Source: the human T2T-CHM13v2.0 reference genome, Homo sapiens. Taken from it: a stretch of DNA of 64,000 bases. The notes under the pieces are model-generated. The model searched no databases. It was given only the letters and a program-made list of their open reading frames with translations, and was not told the origin of the DNA. The translations under genes were made by a program, and so were the position numbers. The stretch lies in NCBI RefSeq assembly GCF_009914755.1, contig NC_060930.1. One strand, written 5' to 3'. Within the stretch, counting starts at the first letter, position 1; every line of letters begins with the position of its first letter. Shown piece by piece: positions 26,358 to 38,799 of the stretch.

Positions 26358-27749
26358 TTACAGCTGTTCACGGCTCCCTTAGGCAAATGGTCTCTCTCTC
26401 TTTCTCTCTCTGTCTCTCTCTCTTTTCCCATCACATCCTGGGAAGCTGTCTCTTATATTGGCACTCACCTGGATATAAATTATAGAGGCACTTACTCTTC
26501 TGTCGTCCCCTGATTTAAAATAAAAAAAGAAAAATAAACAAAGATTCAGGCTAGCTGATATTCCACAGTGTTTTTTTTTTTTTAAAAAAAAAAAAAGATA
26601 GCAGAGAGATTTTTAAAAAACATCTTTGAAGAATATTCATTCATAGCCTGGCTAGCAAAAATGAGAAGCTAGAGGCTGCATACTTAGTCCTTATACACAT
26701 TTGCTTGACAGAAAATGTTACAACTGGTATAATATGTAGTGTACTTGTAGGCAACTAAGTTCTTACAAAGCTCCTAATTTAGAACAGCATTTCTCAGTGT
26801 TTTGTTAAACAATAGCACCCCTAGATACATTACAATAGAGAGAGAAGAGGCTCTTGTCAAGAAAATTTAAACTGCTTTATACCATGTACATACATCTCTT
26901 GGAGATTTATAACGTACATTCGGGTAGGAAAAACAATACTAGAAAAGCCACCTTAATTCTTTTTAACCACATTTTTCCCAAAGTTGACAATGAAATTCTT
27001 TTTAAACATAATTCTTACTAATATTCTACAGAACCTGTGTTTTATTAAACTCCCCTTTAGGAATCACAAATTTAGAGCATATCTAAACTGCACTAGAAGA
27101 AAAGAGTCTAATCAGATTAAAAGCATTTGGCATTCATTTCTAAGATTATAAATTATGTATATTTTTCCCAATTAATCTAATCCCCTTGGCTTGCTATAAT
27201 GCTTGCTACTACTTTAAAGTAAATGATATCCAGCGGCTTTATTGTTCTTCCACACATATTCTTCCACTGAAGTAACTGAATGATTCCACCACCACAGGTG
27301 ATCCAAAACATAAGGTGTATGCCTTATCAGAGAATGAGACACCAAAAACTAGCTCACTCTCGTTGAACTGTTGAAGTCAACTGTACATCAACTATTTGAA
27401 AAATGGAAAAACTAGAGCAAATTCTTTGGAGACATAAACAAACTTTGCTAGTTTGCTTACTCATCCTTAGGCCTGTCCTCATACCTCAGCCCTTTTCCAA
27501 TTCACCTCACACCAATCATATAGTCATTTCTTTCTTCAGCAGGCAGTAGGTTTATAGATTAAATGATGCTTGGTATTAAAATATCTGGAGGCTGTCACCC
27601 ACCCACAGAGATTATTGAGGCAGGATCCTTTACCTCAATGAGCTTAAAAACTAGAAGCAGAGAAAATGCATAAACAATGAATGGAGTAATACCCATTATG
27701 GTAGGAGTTTCTAGGAAGTTCTCTGCAAGCCCGGTGGAAAGTGGCTCAG

Positions 27750-28108
27750 TGCTATGAACTGAATGTTTGTGTCTCCCCAAACTTCACATGTTGATATCCT
27801 AACCCCTAGTGCAACGATATTAAGAGGTGGGGTGGGAGATAATTTAGATCATGAAGGTACAGCCCTAAAACAATGGGATTTGTGCCTTTCTAAAAGGGAC
27901 TCCAGAGTACTCTCTTGCTCTCTTTCTGCCTGAGGAACCAAGGAGAAGTCAGTCTGCAGCCTGGAACAGGGCCCTCAGCAGACCCTGACTATGTGGGCAC
28001 ACTGATTTCAGACTTCTGGTCTCTAGAACTGGGAGGAGTAAATTTCTGTTGTTTATAAACCACCCAATCTACGATATTTTATTACAGCAACCCTAATTGA
28101 CTAAGATT
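27750..28108 (+). mobile_element. MLT1A0-like MaLR solo LTR
   Basis: Starts 'tgctatgaactgaatgtttgtgtc', ends 'attacagcaaccctaattgactaagat'. Confidence 0.8.
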
Positions 28109-28117
28109 CTCAACCTC

Positions 28118-28760
<643 letters not shown>

Positions 28761-29425
28761 TGCTGTCCATCTTCTTTAAATTGTTTGTAAAGGGTTTCCC
28801 TTAGTTTATCTTTTTAGAATCTTAAATCAGACTTATTGCCTCTGACTCCCGTCTTACATTCTCTAATGCACACAGCAGAAACAGAAATTTTAAAAAGTCG
28901 CTAATCCATGTCTCCAATGAGAAAACTACTCTTGATTAAAGCTCTTACATAAGAATTGCTGCTCTGTTTTACTCTTAAAGTAATATACTTCTCTCGACAC
29001 TTTTTGTTTTTTGTGGGAGTTACTAGTAAGGTACAGCTTCATCTACTAAAATTTTACTTTAATACCCCGAACCTTGTTGCTAGCAGTAGGGGCTGGAACT
29101 CCTCATATCCTTCTATGACAAAACAGCCTTGGTGACATTAGAAAGACACAAAATCTACCCTGGCATAAGGTACCTCCAATAGGTTTAAGCCAAAATATAA
29201 ACCAATTTTGTGACACAGAAACCTAAAGAGGCTAGTACCTTGGAAACTCTTTTTCTATTTTTTCAGGCCAAGGCTGAACTTTTAGAATATTACATAGTTC
29301 TAGGGCAAACAGATTCTAGTCTGCAAAATTGCTGGTGGGTCCAAAAAAACCAGACAGGTTTAAGCTTGTTGTTGTAAGAAAAACATGTTACACAGTCCCT
29401 AAATACAGCCTAAAGCCTGTGGAAA

Positions 29426-30256
29426 TAATATGGGAGTGCTGGGAAGGGAAGAGCGTGGTCCCTTTAAATAATACGGAAGTGGGGAAGGGAAGTGCTGGCT
29501 AGAGGAGGGCATGGTCCCTGGGTAGGGCTCCACCCCCATGGACCTAGGTAAGGATGGGCACTCCTGCCTTCGCGCCCAAATGTTGCATTTCCCAAGACCA
29601 TCCTGGCCTGCCACACCCCCATCCTGTGCCCCTAAACGCCCCCCGAGACGCTAGCAGGCAGACACACAGGAGGCCAGACGTCAAGAGCAGCACATTGGCA
29701 GAAGAAGATTCAAGAGGCAGGTTGTCTAGAGTGGGCATCCAGAAGAACACACTTGTCAGCACCAGCATGCAGTCAGGCCATCCACCAGTGGGATGAGGCA
29801 GAGTTTGGCCAGGGCAGTCAGAGGAGAGCTGGGGCCCAACTCCACAGGAAGACCATCTCCCTTGTGGATCCCCCATTGGCTAAGAGCTACTTCCACTCAA
29901 TAAAACTTTACACTCATTCTCCAAGCCCACAAGTGATCCGATTCTACCCGTACACTAAGGCAAGAACCCCAGGATCAGAAATCCTTCTGTCCTTGTGATA
30001 AGGAGGGGGGTCTAATTGAGCCGGTTAACACAAGCTGCCTATAGATTGGCAAACTAAGAGAGCATCCTGCAACACACGCCCCCTGGGGCTTCAGAAGCCG
30101 TAAACATTCACCCCTACACACTGCTGTGGGGTCGGAGCCCCACACCCTACCTGCCTGTATGTTCCCCTAGAGGTTTGAGCGGTCGGGGAGGGAAGAAGCG
30201 AGCCACATCCCCATCACATACCCTGCGAGGGGGACAAGGGAATCTTTCATGTTTCA
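29426..30256 (+). mobile_element. ERV1 solo LTR, LTR1 family (LTR1B-like)
   Basis: 831 bp, starts 'taatatgggagtgctgggaagggaag', internal AATAAA near 29899, ends 'gtttca', 4-bp TSD GAAA (29422-29425 / 30257-30260). Confidence 0.8.
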
Positions 30257-30349
30257 GAAAGAAGGACTGAAAGGACTGCAGAAGATAAAGCTGACATTTA
30301 GCTTGTTGTCTGTTGCTTCCTGTTATACCCAGACAAATAATAATCTTCT

Positions 30350-30490
30350 TAGTTCATTCATTGACCATCTGTGAAATGGGAGTGAGAGTACTGCCTTCTT
30401 CACAGGCTGCATGTTAGAGCTTAAATAAGATAATATGCTCAAGGAAAAGACCTCTGGAAACAATAAGTGCTTTACAAGTTTTAGTTGTTC
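30350..30490 (+). mobile_element. MIR fragment
   Basis: 'catctgtgaaatgggagtgagagtactgccttcttcacaggctgc...ttaaataagataat'. Confidence 0.65.
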
Positions 30491-31664
30491 TTACTGAATA
30501 ACTAAATGTATGCCTCAGCTCTTTTAAACCCTGGCTTAATCATTGAACCATATACCCTCTGATGTCACCTCACAAATTTGTGTGCATATCTTTCTTATAT
30601 GAAAAGTCCCAATTCCAGAATTTCTATCTGGTTCACCATATTTTAGGGCCAAGGTATTTCTTGCCTTCATATTCAAGCACTAAGAGAAAAGTTTTCAGTG
30701 AGGTAGTTAAAGTTACAGATCTACTCATTTTCTATTTTTATCTCAAAGTTTTTTTCTACCCATGGTTCTCTGTGTTTTTCCTTTCCCCTAAGATCTTCCT
30801 ACTAACTTTCAGAAGTGTCTGTCTTCTGGGCATTTCACACCTTACTGACACTTTCTTTTGCATTCCTCTTAACATTGCTTTTCTTTCCTCTCACTGAGCA
30901 GAGGGTCCCTTCAAACAAGGATTCTGTTGATTTTCTTCCTTCCTTGAGAAAATCCATCTGTTTCAGGTCTTTTGCTTTCTTTTTCGGTGAATGATTTACT
31001 CACTGACCCCCGGCTGCACCAAATCCCACATTTCTTCCTGTTTTCTGATGGTGACATACTCTAAGCCACCCTCTCAGTTGAAAAGCATGAACACTCAAGT
31101 GTCTGTTTCCTCTTAAGTTTTCACCAGTCACAAAAAGGACCCCTCTCAATTGCACTAGCTCTGCAGAATTACCTCTCCTTTCTCTTCTGTCTTCTAGGAG
31201 CTTTTGTTTCCTTATCACATTTAATCAGTTACCATATTTGGTTGTTATTTCATCTGTATTACCTCGGAGGTCTGCCTCTTCCTCTCAATGCGCAGAGGAA
31301 TACCTGAATCAGATTTTCTCATATTTGACTTAATAGTCTCTCATTTTCTGATGAGCCACGAGTCCTCATTTTCAAGGTTTCCAATTTTTTTTTAGTTATC
31401 CCTATCAGCTTTTCTACCTTCTTATTTGTTCACATTTTCCTGCAGCCTTTCTTTTCATTCTGCAGTCAGTTCCCAGTTATTTATTTGTACGTGGTTTGGA
31501 GATCTCTCTCCAAAGCAATCTGCAAACACTATCTGTCTTCTTCATACCCTTTTCCTTTACAATCTCACTGAGAGAACTTTCTCCCACTATGTCATACCTA
31601 ACTCAATTTGTAGCGTGAAGATAACATCAATGTTTGTAATTCCACAGCTAAGATTGGGTTAGAT

Positions 31665-31845
31665 CAATGATGTCCAGTAAAACTTTCTCAATGATGCAGA
31701 TGTCTCATATTTGTGCTCTTCAATATGGTAGGCACTGGACACTTGAAATGTGGCTATTGCATCTGGGGAACTGAATTTTTAATTTTCATTAATTTAAATT
31801 TAAATAGCTGTATGTGGCTAGTGGATACTCCACTGGACAACAAAG
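31665..31845. mobile_element. MER3-like hAT-Charlie MITE
   Basis: 'tgtccagtaaaactttc...cacttgaaatgtggcta...gaactgaatttttaattt...tgtggctagtggatac'. Confidence 0.75.
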
Positions 31846-32061
31846 TATAAGTCTAGGCCCAAGAATATCAAATTATACTGTAAGAATTGAGCCCATTGTA
31901 CATAATATAAACTTTTCAAAGGACCTAGGAAAATATATGAGATCTGAAAACAATATTATTGCAAAATTTAAACAAGCCTCAGATTCACAAATAATAAATA
32001 TTTTGATATAATATAATTAAATATTATTAAGTATGTTCTGTCAGTTTTAAATATTTTTAAT

Positions 32062-32363
32062 ATATTTTTTTGAGGCAGAGTCTCATTCTGTCTCCCTAGA
32101 GTGCATTGGTGTGATCTCAGCTCACTGCAGCCTCGACCTCCTGGGTTCCAGCAATTCTCATGCCTTAGCCTCCTGAGTAGCTGGGATTACAGGCATGGCC
32201 CACCATGCCCCAGCTATTTATTTTATTTTATTTTATTATTTTTAGTAGACGTGTGGTTTCGCTATGTTGACCAGGCTGGTCTCGAACTCCTGACCTCAAG
32301 TGATCTGCCCACCTCAGCCTCCCAAAGTGCTGGGATTACAGGCACAAGCCACCATTCCTGGTC
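32062..32363 (-). mobile_element. Alu (Sx/Jb-like), antisense
   Basis: Antisense Alu dimer; TSD 'atatttttaat' at 32051-32061 and 32364-32374. Confidence 0.93.
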
Positions 32364-32466
32364 ATATTTTTAATTTAAAAAAATGAACAAATTGCATTGT
32401 TTCCAAATAATTTGTTGGTTATATTTTTCCTTTTCTGAAGAATTTCCAAGTATACAAAATAATTGC

Positions 32467-32900
32467 TGTCAGGCCTCTGAGCCCAAGCCAAGCCATCACA
32501 TCCCCTGTGACTTGCACCTATACGCCCAGATGGCCTGAAGTAACTGAAGAATCACAAAAGAAGTGAAAAGGCCCTGCCCCGCCTTAACTGATGACATTCC
32601 ACCACTGTGATTTGTTCCTGCCCCACCTTAACTGAGTGATTAACCCTGTGAATTTCCTTCTCCTGGCTCAGAAGCTCCCCCACTGAGCACCTTGTGACCC
32701 CCACCCCTGCCCACCAGAGAAAAACCCCCTTTGACTATAATTTTCCATTACCTTCCCAAATCCTATAAAACGGCCCCACCCCTATCTCCCTTCACTGACT
32801 CTCTTTTCGGACTCAGCCTGCCTGCACCCAGGTGAAATAAACAGCCATGTTGCTCACACAAAGCCTGTTTGGTCGTCTCTTCACATGGACGCGCATGAAA
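32467..32900 (+). promoter_or_regulatory. HERV-H 5' LTR (LTR7 family, LTR7Y-like); TATA box at ~32764
   Basis: 'tgtcaggcctctgagcccaagcc...gcgcatgaaa', 434 bp. The 'tgtgatttgttcctgccccacc' repeat type matches my recollection of LTR7Y. Confidence 0.9.
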
Positions 32901-33475
32901 TTTGGTGCCGTGACTCGGATTGGGGGACCTCCCTTGGGAGATCAATCCCCTGTCCTCCTGCTCTTTGCTCCATGAGAAAGATCCACCTACAACCTCAGGT
33001 CCTCAGACTGACCAGCCCAAGAAACATCTCAACAATTTCAAATCCAGTAAGTGGCCTCTGTTTACTCTCTTCTCCAACCTCCCTCACTATCCCTCAACTT
33101 CTTTCTCCTTTCAATCTTGGTGCCACACTTCAATCTCTCCCTTCTCTTAATTTCAATTCCTTTCATTTTCTGGTAGAGACAAAGGAGACACGTTTTCTCC
33201 GTGGACCCAAAACTCCGGCGCCAGTCACGGACTGGGAAGGCAGCCTTCCCTTGGTGTTTAATCATTGCAGGGACACCTCTCTGATTATTCACCCACGTTG
33301 CAAAGGTGTCAGACCACGCAGGGACACCTGCCTTGGTCCTTCACCCTTAGCGGCAAGTCCCGCTTTTCTGGGGAAGGGGCAAGTACCTCAACCCCTTCTC
33401 TCCTTGTCTCTACCCCTTCTCTGCTTTTCTGGGGGAGGGGCAAGTACCCCTCAACCCCTTCTCCTTCACCCTTAG
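32885..33475 (+). CDS. Candidate 196-aa HERV-H leader ORF, ESRG-like (translation unproven)
   Basis: Open frame 'MDAHEIWCRDSDWGTSLGRSIPCPPALCS...ASTPQPLLLHP'. The ATG is present only in the 5' LTR (the 3' LTR has ACG). Similarity to ESRG is from memory. Confidence 0.3.
   Translation: MDAHEIWCRDSDWGTSLGRSIPCPPALCSMRKIHLQPQVLRLTSPRNISTISNPVSGLCLLSSPTSLTIPQLLSPFNLGATLQSLPSLNFNSFHFLVETKETRFLRGPKTPAPVTDWEGSLPLVFNHCRDTSLIIHPRCKGVRPRRDTCLGPSPLAASPAFLGKGQVPQPLLSLSLPLLCFSGGGASTPQPLLLHP
32903..32920 (+). other. Primer binding site, tRNA-His
   Basis: TGGTGCCGTGACTCGGAT immediately 3' of the 5' LTR. Confidence 0.95.
33044..33052 (+). promoter_or_regulatory. HERV-H major splice donor (CCA|GTAAGT)
   Basis: Located ~145 nt after the 5' LTR, at the known HERV-H donor position; GT at 33047-33048. 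Confidence 0.7.
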
Positions 33476-33851
33476 CGGCAAGTCCCGCTTTTCTGGGGGA
33501 GGGGCAAGTACCCCTCAACCCCTTCTCCTTCACACTTAGTGGCAAGTCCCTCTTTTCTAGGGGGCAAGAACCCCCAATCCCTTATTTCTGCACCCCAACC
33601 TCTTATCTCTGTGCCCCAATCCCTTATTTCTGCACCCCAACCTCTTATCTCTGTGCCCCAATTCCTTATTTCCATGCCCCAACCCTTTCTCTGCTTTTCT
33701 GGAGGGCAAGAACCCCCAACCCCTTCTCCGTGTCTCTACTCTTTTCTCTGGGCTTGCCTCCTTCACTATGGGCAAGCTTCCACCTTCCATTCCTCCTTCT
33801 TCTCCCTTAGCCTATATTCTTAAGAACTTAAAACCTCTTCAACTCTCACCT

Positions 33852-35400
33852 TGAGAGGTGACAGCGTGCTGGCAGTCCTCAGAGCCCTCGCTTGCTCTTG
33901 GCACCTCCTCTGCCTGGGCTCCCACTTTGGTGGCATTTGAGGAGCCCTTCAGCCCACCACTGCACTGTGGGAGCCCCTTTCTGGGCTGGCCAAGGCTGGA
34001 GCCCACTCTCTCAGCTTGCAGGGAGGTGTGGAGGGAGAGGCGCGAGCAGGAACCGGGGCTGCATACGGCGCTTGCGGGCCAGCTGGAGTTCCGGGTGGGC
34101 GTGGGCTTGGCAGGCCCCACACTCGGAGCAGTCGGCCAGCCCTGCTGGCCCCGGGCAATGAGGGACTTAGCACCCGGGCCAGCAGCTGCGGAGGGTGTAC
34201 TGGGTCCCCCAGCAGTGCCAGCCCACCAGTGCTGAGCTCGATTTCTCACCGAGCCTTAGCTGCCTTCCCGCGGGGCAGGCCTCGGGACCTGCAGCCCGCC
34301 ATGCCTGAGCCTTCCCCTGCCTCCGTGGGTTCCTGTGCAGCCCGAGCCTCCCCAGTGAGCGCTGCCCCCTGCTCCACGGTGCCCAGTCCCATCAACCGCC
34401 CAAGGGCTGAGGAGTGCGAGTGCATGGCGCAGGACTGGCAGGCAGCTCCACCTGCAGCCCTAGTGCGGGATCCACTGGGTGAAGCCAGCTGGGCTCCTGA
34501 GTCTGGTGGGGATGTGGAGAGTCTTTATGTCTAGCTCAAGGTTTGTAAACACACCAGTCAGCACCCTGTGTCTAGCTCTGGGTCTGTGAGTGCACCAATC
34601 CACACTCTCTATCTAGCTACTCTGGTGGGACCTTGGAGAACCTTTATGACTAGCTCAGGGATTGTAAATACACCAATCGGCACTCTGTATCTAGCTCAAG
34701 GTTTGTAAACACACCAATCAGCACCCTGTGTTTAGCTCAAGGTTTGTGAGTGCACCAATGGACACTCTGTATCTAGCTGCTCTGGTGGGGCCTTGGAGAA
34801 CCTGTATGTCAAAACTCTGTATCTAACTAATCTGACCGGGACGTGGAGAACCTTCGTATCTAGCTCAGGGATTGTAAACACACCAATCAACACCCTGTCA
34901 AAACAGGCCACTCAGCTCTACCAATCAGCAGGATTTGGGTGGGGCCAGATAAAAGAATAAAAGCAGGCTGCCCGAGCCAGCATTGGCAACCCGCTCGGGT
35001 CCCCTTCCACACTGTGGAAGCTTTGTTCTTTCGCTCTTTGCAATAAATCTTGCTGCTGCTCACTCTTTGGGTCCACACTGCTTTTTTGAGCTGTAACACT
35101 CACCGCGAAAGTCTGCAGCTTCACTCCTGAAGTCAGCGAGACCACGAGCCCACTGGGAAGAACGAACAACTCCAGACGCCCCGCCTTAAGAACTGTAACA
35201 CTCACCGCGAAGGTCTGCAGCTTCACTCCTGAGCCAGCGAGACCAAGAACCCACCAAAAGGAAGAAACTCCGAACACATCCAAACATCAGAAGGAACAAA
35301 CTCCAGATGCGCCACCTTAAGAGCTGTAACACTTACCGTGAGGGTCCGCGGCTTCATTCTTGAAGTCAATGAGACCAAGAACCCACCAATTCCGGACACA
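33852..35400 (+). mobile_element. Solo LTR12C (ERV9 LTR) nested in HERV-H
   Basis: 'tgagaggtgacagcgtgctggcag...ccaattccggacaca', 1549 bp, TSD ACCT (33848-33851 / 35401-35404), CpG-rich U3, ~41-bp enhancer repeats, tandem U5 repeats. Confidence 0.96.
34530..35047 (+). promoter_or_regulatory. LTR12C enhancer/promoter: six CCAAT boxes, TATA-like AATAAA at 34956, poly(A) signal at 35042
   Basis: CCAAT at 34595, 34673, 34714, 34755, 34883 and 34921; GATA motifs (TATCT) within the repeats. Confidence 0.8.
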
Positions 35401-35404
35401 ACCT

Positions 35405-36530
35405 GACCTAAAACCTAAATGCCTTATTTTCTTCTGCAATGCCACTTGACCCCAATACAAACTCGACAGTAGTTCCAAATAGCCAGAAAATGGCACTTTC
35501 AATTTTTCCATCCTACAAGATCTAAATAATTCTTGTCGTAAAATGGGCAAATGGTCTGAGGTGCCTGACGTCCAGGCATTCTTTTACACATCAGTCCCTT
35601 CCTAGTCTCTGTGCCCAGTGCAACTCATCCCAAATCTTCCTTCTTTCCCTCCCGCCTGTCCCCTCAGTCCCAACCCCAAGCGTCGCTGAGTCTTTCTAAT
35701 CTTCCTTTTCTACAGACCCATCTGACCTCTCCCCTCCTCGCCAGGCCGAGCTAGGTCCCAATTCTTCCTCAGCCTCTGCTCCTCCACCCTATAATCTTTT
35801 TATCACCTCCCCTCCTCACACCTGGTCCGGCTTACAGTTTCGTTCCGTGACTAGCCCTCCCCCTCCCGCCCAGCAATTTACTCTTAAAAAGGTGGCTGGA
35901 GCTAAAGGCATAGTCAAGGTTAATGCTCCTTTTTCTTTATCCCAAATCGGATAGCGTTTAGGCTTTTTTTCATGAAATATAAAAATCCAGCCCAGTTCAT
36001 GACTTGTTTGGCAGCAACCCTGAGACACTTTACAGCCCTAGACCCTAAAAGGTCAAAAGGCCGTCTTATTCTCAATATACATTTTATTACCCAATCTGCT
36101 CCCGACATTAAATAAAACTCCAAAAATTAAATTCTGGCCCTCAAACCCCACAACAGGATTTAATTAACCTCGCCTTCAAGGTGTACAATAATAGAAAAAA
36201 GTTGCAATTCCTTGCCTCCACTGTGAGACAAACCCCAGCCACATCTCCAGCACACAAGAACTTCCAAATGCCTGAACGGCAGCGGCCAGGCGTTCCTCCA
36301 GAACCTCCTCCCACAGGAGCTTGCTACATGTGCCGGAAATCTGGCCACTGGGCCAAGGAATGCCCGCAGCCCGGGATTCCTCCTAAGCCACATCCCATCT
36401 GTGTGGGACCCCACTGAAAATCGGACTGTTCAACTCACCTGGCAGCCACTTCCAGAGCCCCTGGAACTCTGGCCCAAGGCTCTCTGACTGACTCCTTCCC
36501 AGATCTTCTCGGCTTAGCGGCTGAAGACTT
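35405..36530 (+). pseudogene. gag: HERV-H gag remnant with nucleocapsid zinc knuckle
   Basis: CYMCRKSGHWAKEC (CX2CX4HX4C) at 36322-36363. The second knuckle is broken ('HPICVGPH*'). Confidence 0.85.
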
Positions 36531-36569
36531 GACACTGCCCGATCGCCTCGGAAGCCCCCTAGACCATCA

Positions 36570-36871
36570 CAGACGCCGAGCTTCGGGTAACTCTCACAGT
36601 GGAAGGTAAGCCTGTCCCCTTCTTAATCAATACGGAGGCTACCCACTCCACATTACCTTCTTTTCAAGGGCCTGTTACCGTTGCTTCCATAACTGTTGTG
36701 GGTATTGACGGCCAGGCTTCTAAACCTCTTAAAACTCCCCAACTCTGGTGCCAACTTAGACAATACTCTTTTAAGCATTTCTTTTTAGTTATCCCCATCT
36801 GCCCAGTTCCCTTATTAGGCCGAGATATTTTAACCAAATTATCTGCTTCCCTGACTATTCCTGGACTATAG
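36570..36871 (+). pseudogene. pro: HERV-H protease remnant, catalytic motif lost
   Basis: 'VPFLINTEATHSTL' in place of D-T-G-A; 'CPVPLLGRDILTKL'. Confidence 0.88.
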
Positions 36872-36959
36872 CCTCATCTCATTGCCTCCCTTCTTCCCAA
36901 TCCAAAGCCTCCTTTGCATCCTCCTCTCGTATCCTCCACCTTAACCCACAAGTATAAGA

Positions 36960-38780
36960 TACCTCTACTCCCTCCTTGGTGACCGATCACACACCCCTTA
37001 CCATCTCATTAAAACCTAATCACCCTTACCCCACTCAATGCCAACATCCCATCCCACAGCATGCTTTAAAAGGATTAAAGCCTGTTATCACTCGCCTGCT
37101 ACAGCATGGACTTCTAAAACCTATAAACTCTCCTTACCATTCCCCCATTTTACCTGTCCTAAAACCAGACAAGCCTTACAAGTTAGTTCAGAATCTGCGC
37201 CTTATCAACCAAATTGTTTTGCCTATCCACCCCGTGGTGCCAAACCCATATACTCTCCTATCCTCAATACCTCCCTCTACTACCCATTATTCTGTTCTGT
37301 ATCTCAAACATGCTTTCTTTACTATTCCTTTGCACCCTTCATCCCAGCCTCTCTTTGCCTTCACTTAGACTGACCCTGACACCCATTAGGCTCAGCAAAT
37401 TACCTGGGCTGTACTGCCGCAAAGCTTCACAGACAGCCCCCATTACTTCAATCAAGCCCAAATTTCTTCCTCATCTGTTACCTATCTCGGCATAATTCTC
37501 ATAAAAACACACGTGCTCTCCCTGCCTATCGTGTCCAACTGATCTCTCAAACCCAAGCACCTTCTACAAAACAACAACTCTTTTCCTTCCTAGGCATGGT
37601 TAGCGCGGTCAGAATTCTTACACAAGAGCCAGGACCGCACCCTGTAGCCTTTCTGTCCAAACAACTTGACCTTACTGTTTTAGCCTAGCCCTCACGTCTG
37701 CGTGCAGCGGCTGCCGCTGCTTTAATACTGTTAGAGGCCCTAAAAATCACAAACTATGCTCAACTCACTCTCTACATTTCTCATAACTTCCAAAATCTAT
37801 TTTCTTCCTCATACCTGACGCATATACTTTCTGCTCCCCGGCTCCTTCAGCTGTACTCACTCTTTAAGTCCCACAATTACCATTCTTCCTGGCCCGGACT
37901 TCAATCTGGCCTCTCACATTATTCCTGATACCACACCTGACCCCCACGACTGTATCTCTCTGATCCACCTGATATTCATCCCATTTCCCCATATTTCCTT
38001 CTTTCCTGTTCCTCGCCCTGATCACGCTTGATTTATTGATGGCAGTTCCACCAGGCCTAATCGCCACACACCAGCAAAGGCAGGCTATGCTATAGTACAA
38101 GCCACTAGCCCACCTCTTAGAACCTCTCATTTCCTTTCCATTGTGGAAATCTATCCTCAAGGAAATAACTTCTCAGTGTTCCATCTGCTATTCTACTACT
38201 CCTCAGGGATTATTCAGGCCCCCTCCCTTCCCTACACTTCAAGCTCGAGGATTTGCTCCCACCCAGGACTGGCAAATTAGCTTTACTCAACATGTCCTGA
38301 GTCAGGAAACTAAAATACCTCTTAGTCTAAATAGACACTTTCACTGAATAAGTAAAGGCCTTTCCTACAGGGTCTGAGAAGGCCACCACAGTCATTTCTT
38401 CCCTCCTCTCAGACATAATTCCTCAGTTTAGCCTTCCCACCTCTATACAGTCTGATAACAGACCAGCCTTTATTAGTCAAATCAGCCAAGCAGTTTTTCA
38501 GGCTCTTAGTATTCAGTGAAACCTTTATATCCCTACGGTCCTCCGTCTTCAAGAAAAGTAGAATGGACTAAAGGTCTTTTAAAAACACACCTCACCAAGC
38601 TCAGCCACCAACTTAAAAAGGACTGGACAATACTTTTACCACTTTCCCTTCTCAGAATTCAGGCCTGTCCTCGGAATGCTACAGGGTAGAGCCCATTTAA
38701 GCTCCTGTATAGACGCTCCTTTTTATTAGGCCCCAGTCTCATTCGACACCAGACCAACTTAGACTGTGCCCCAAAAAACT
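36960..38780 (+). pseudogene. pol: HERV-H pol remnant (RT, RNase H and integrase fragments with stops and deletions)
   Basis: RT 'SPYHSPILPVLKPD...LVQNLRLIN...LKHAFFTIPL'; RNase H '*FIDGSS' at 38029; integrase 'CSIC...QDWQISFT'. Confidence 0.9.
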
Positions 38781-38799
38781 TGTCATCCCTACTATCTTC

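Noticed and set aside
26571-26596. T13-A13 perfect palindrome
   Set aside because: Low-complexity homopolymer juxtaposition explained by slippage.
33265-33823. Repetitive 181-aa ORF and tandem repeats that could be mistaken for a CRISPR-like array
   Set aside because: These are the normal variable tandem repeats of the HERV-H leader; there are no unique spacers and the context is eukaryotic.
33839-34534. Overlapping 125-172-aa ORFs on both strands
   Set aside because: They fall in the GC-rich LTR12C U3, where stop codons are rare.
34530-34900. Regularly spaced ~41-bp repeats
   Set aside because: Standard ERV9/LTR12 U3 enhancer repeats, not a CRISPR array.
36181-38347. Possible functional retroviral Gag/Pro/Pol
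   Set aside because: The protease catalytic DTG is mutated to NTE, RT is truncated by a stop before the YxDD region, and there are multiple stops and deletions.
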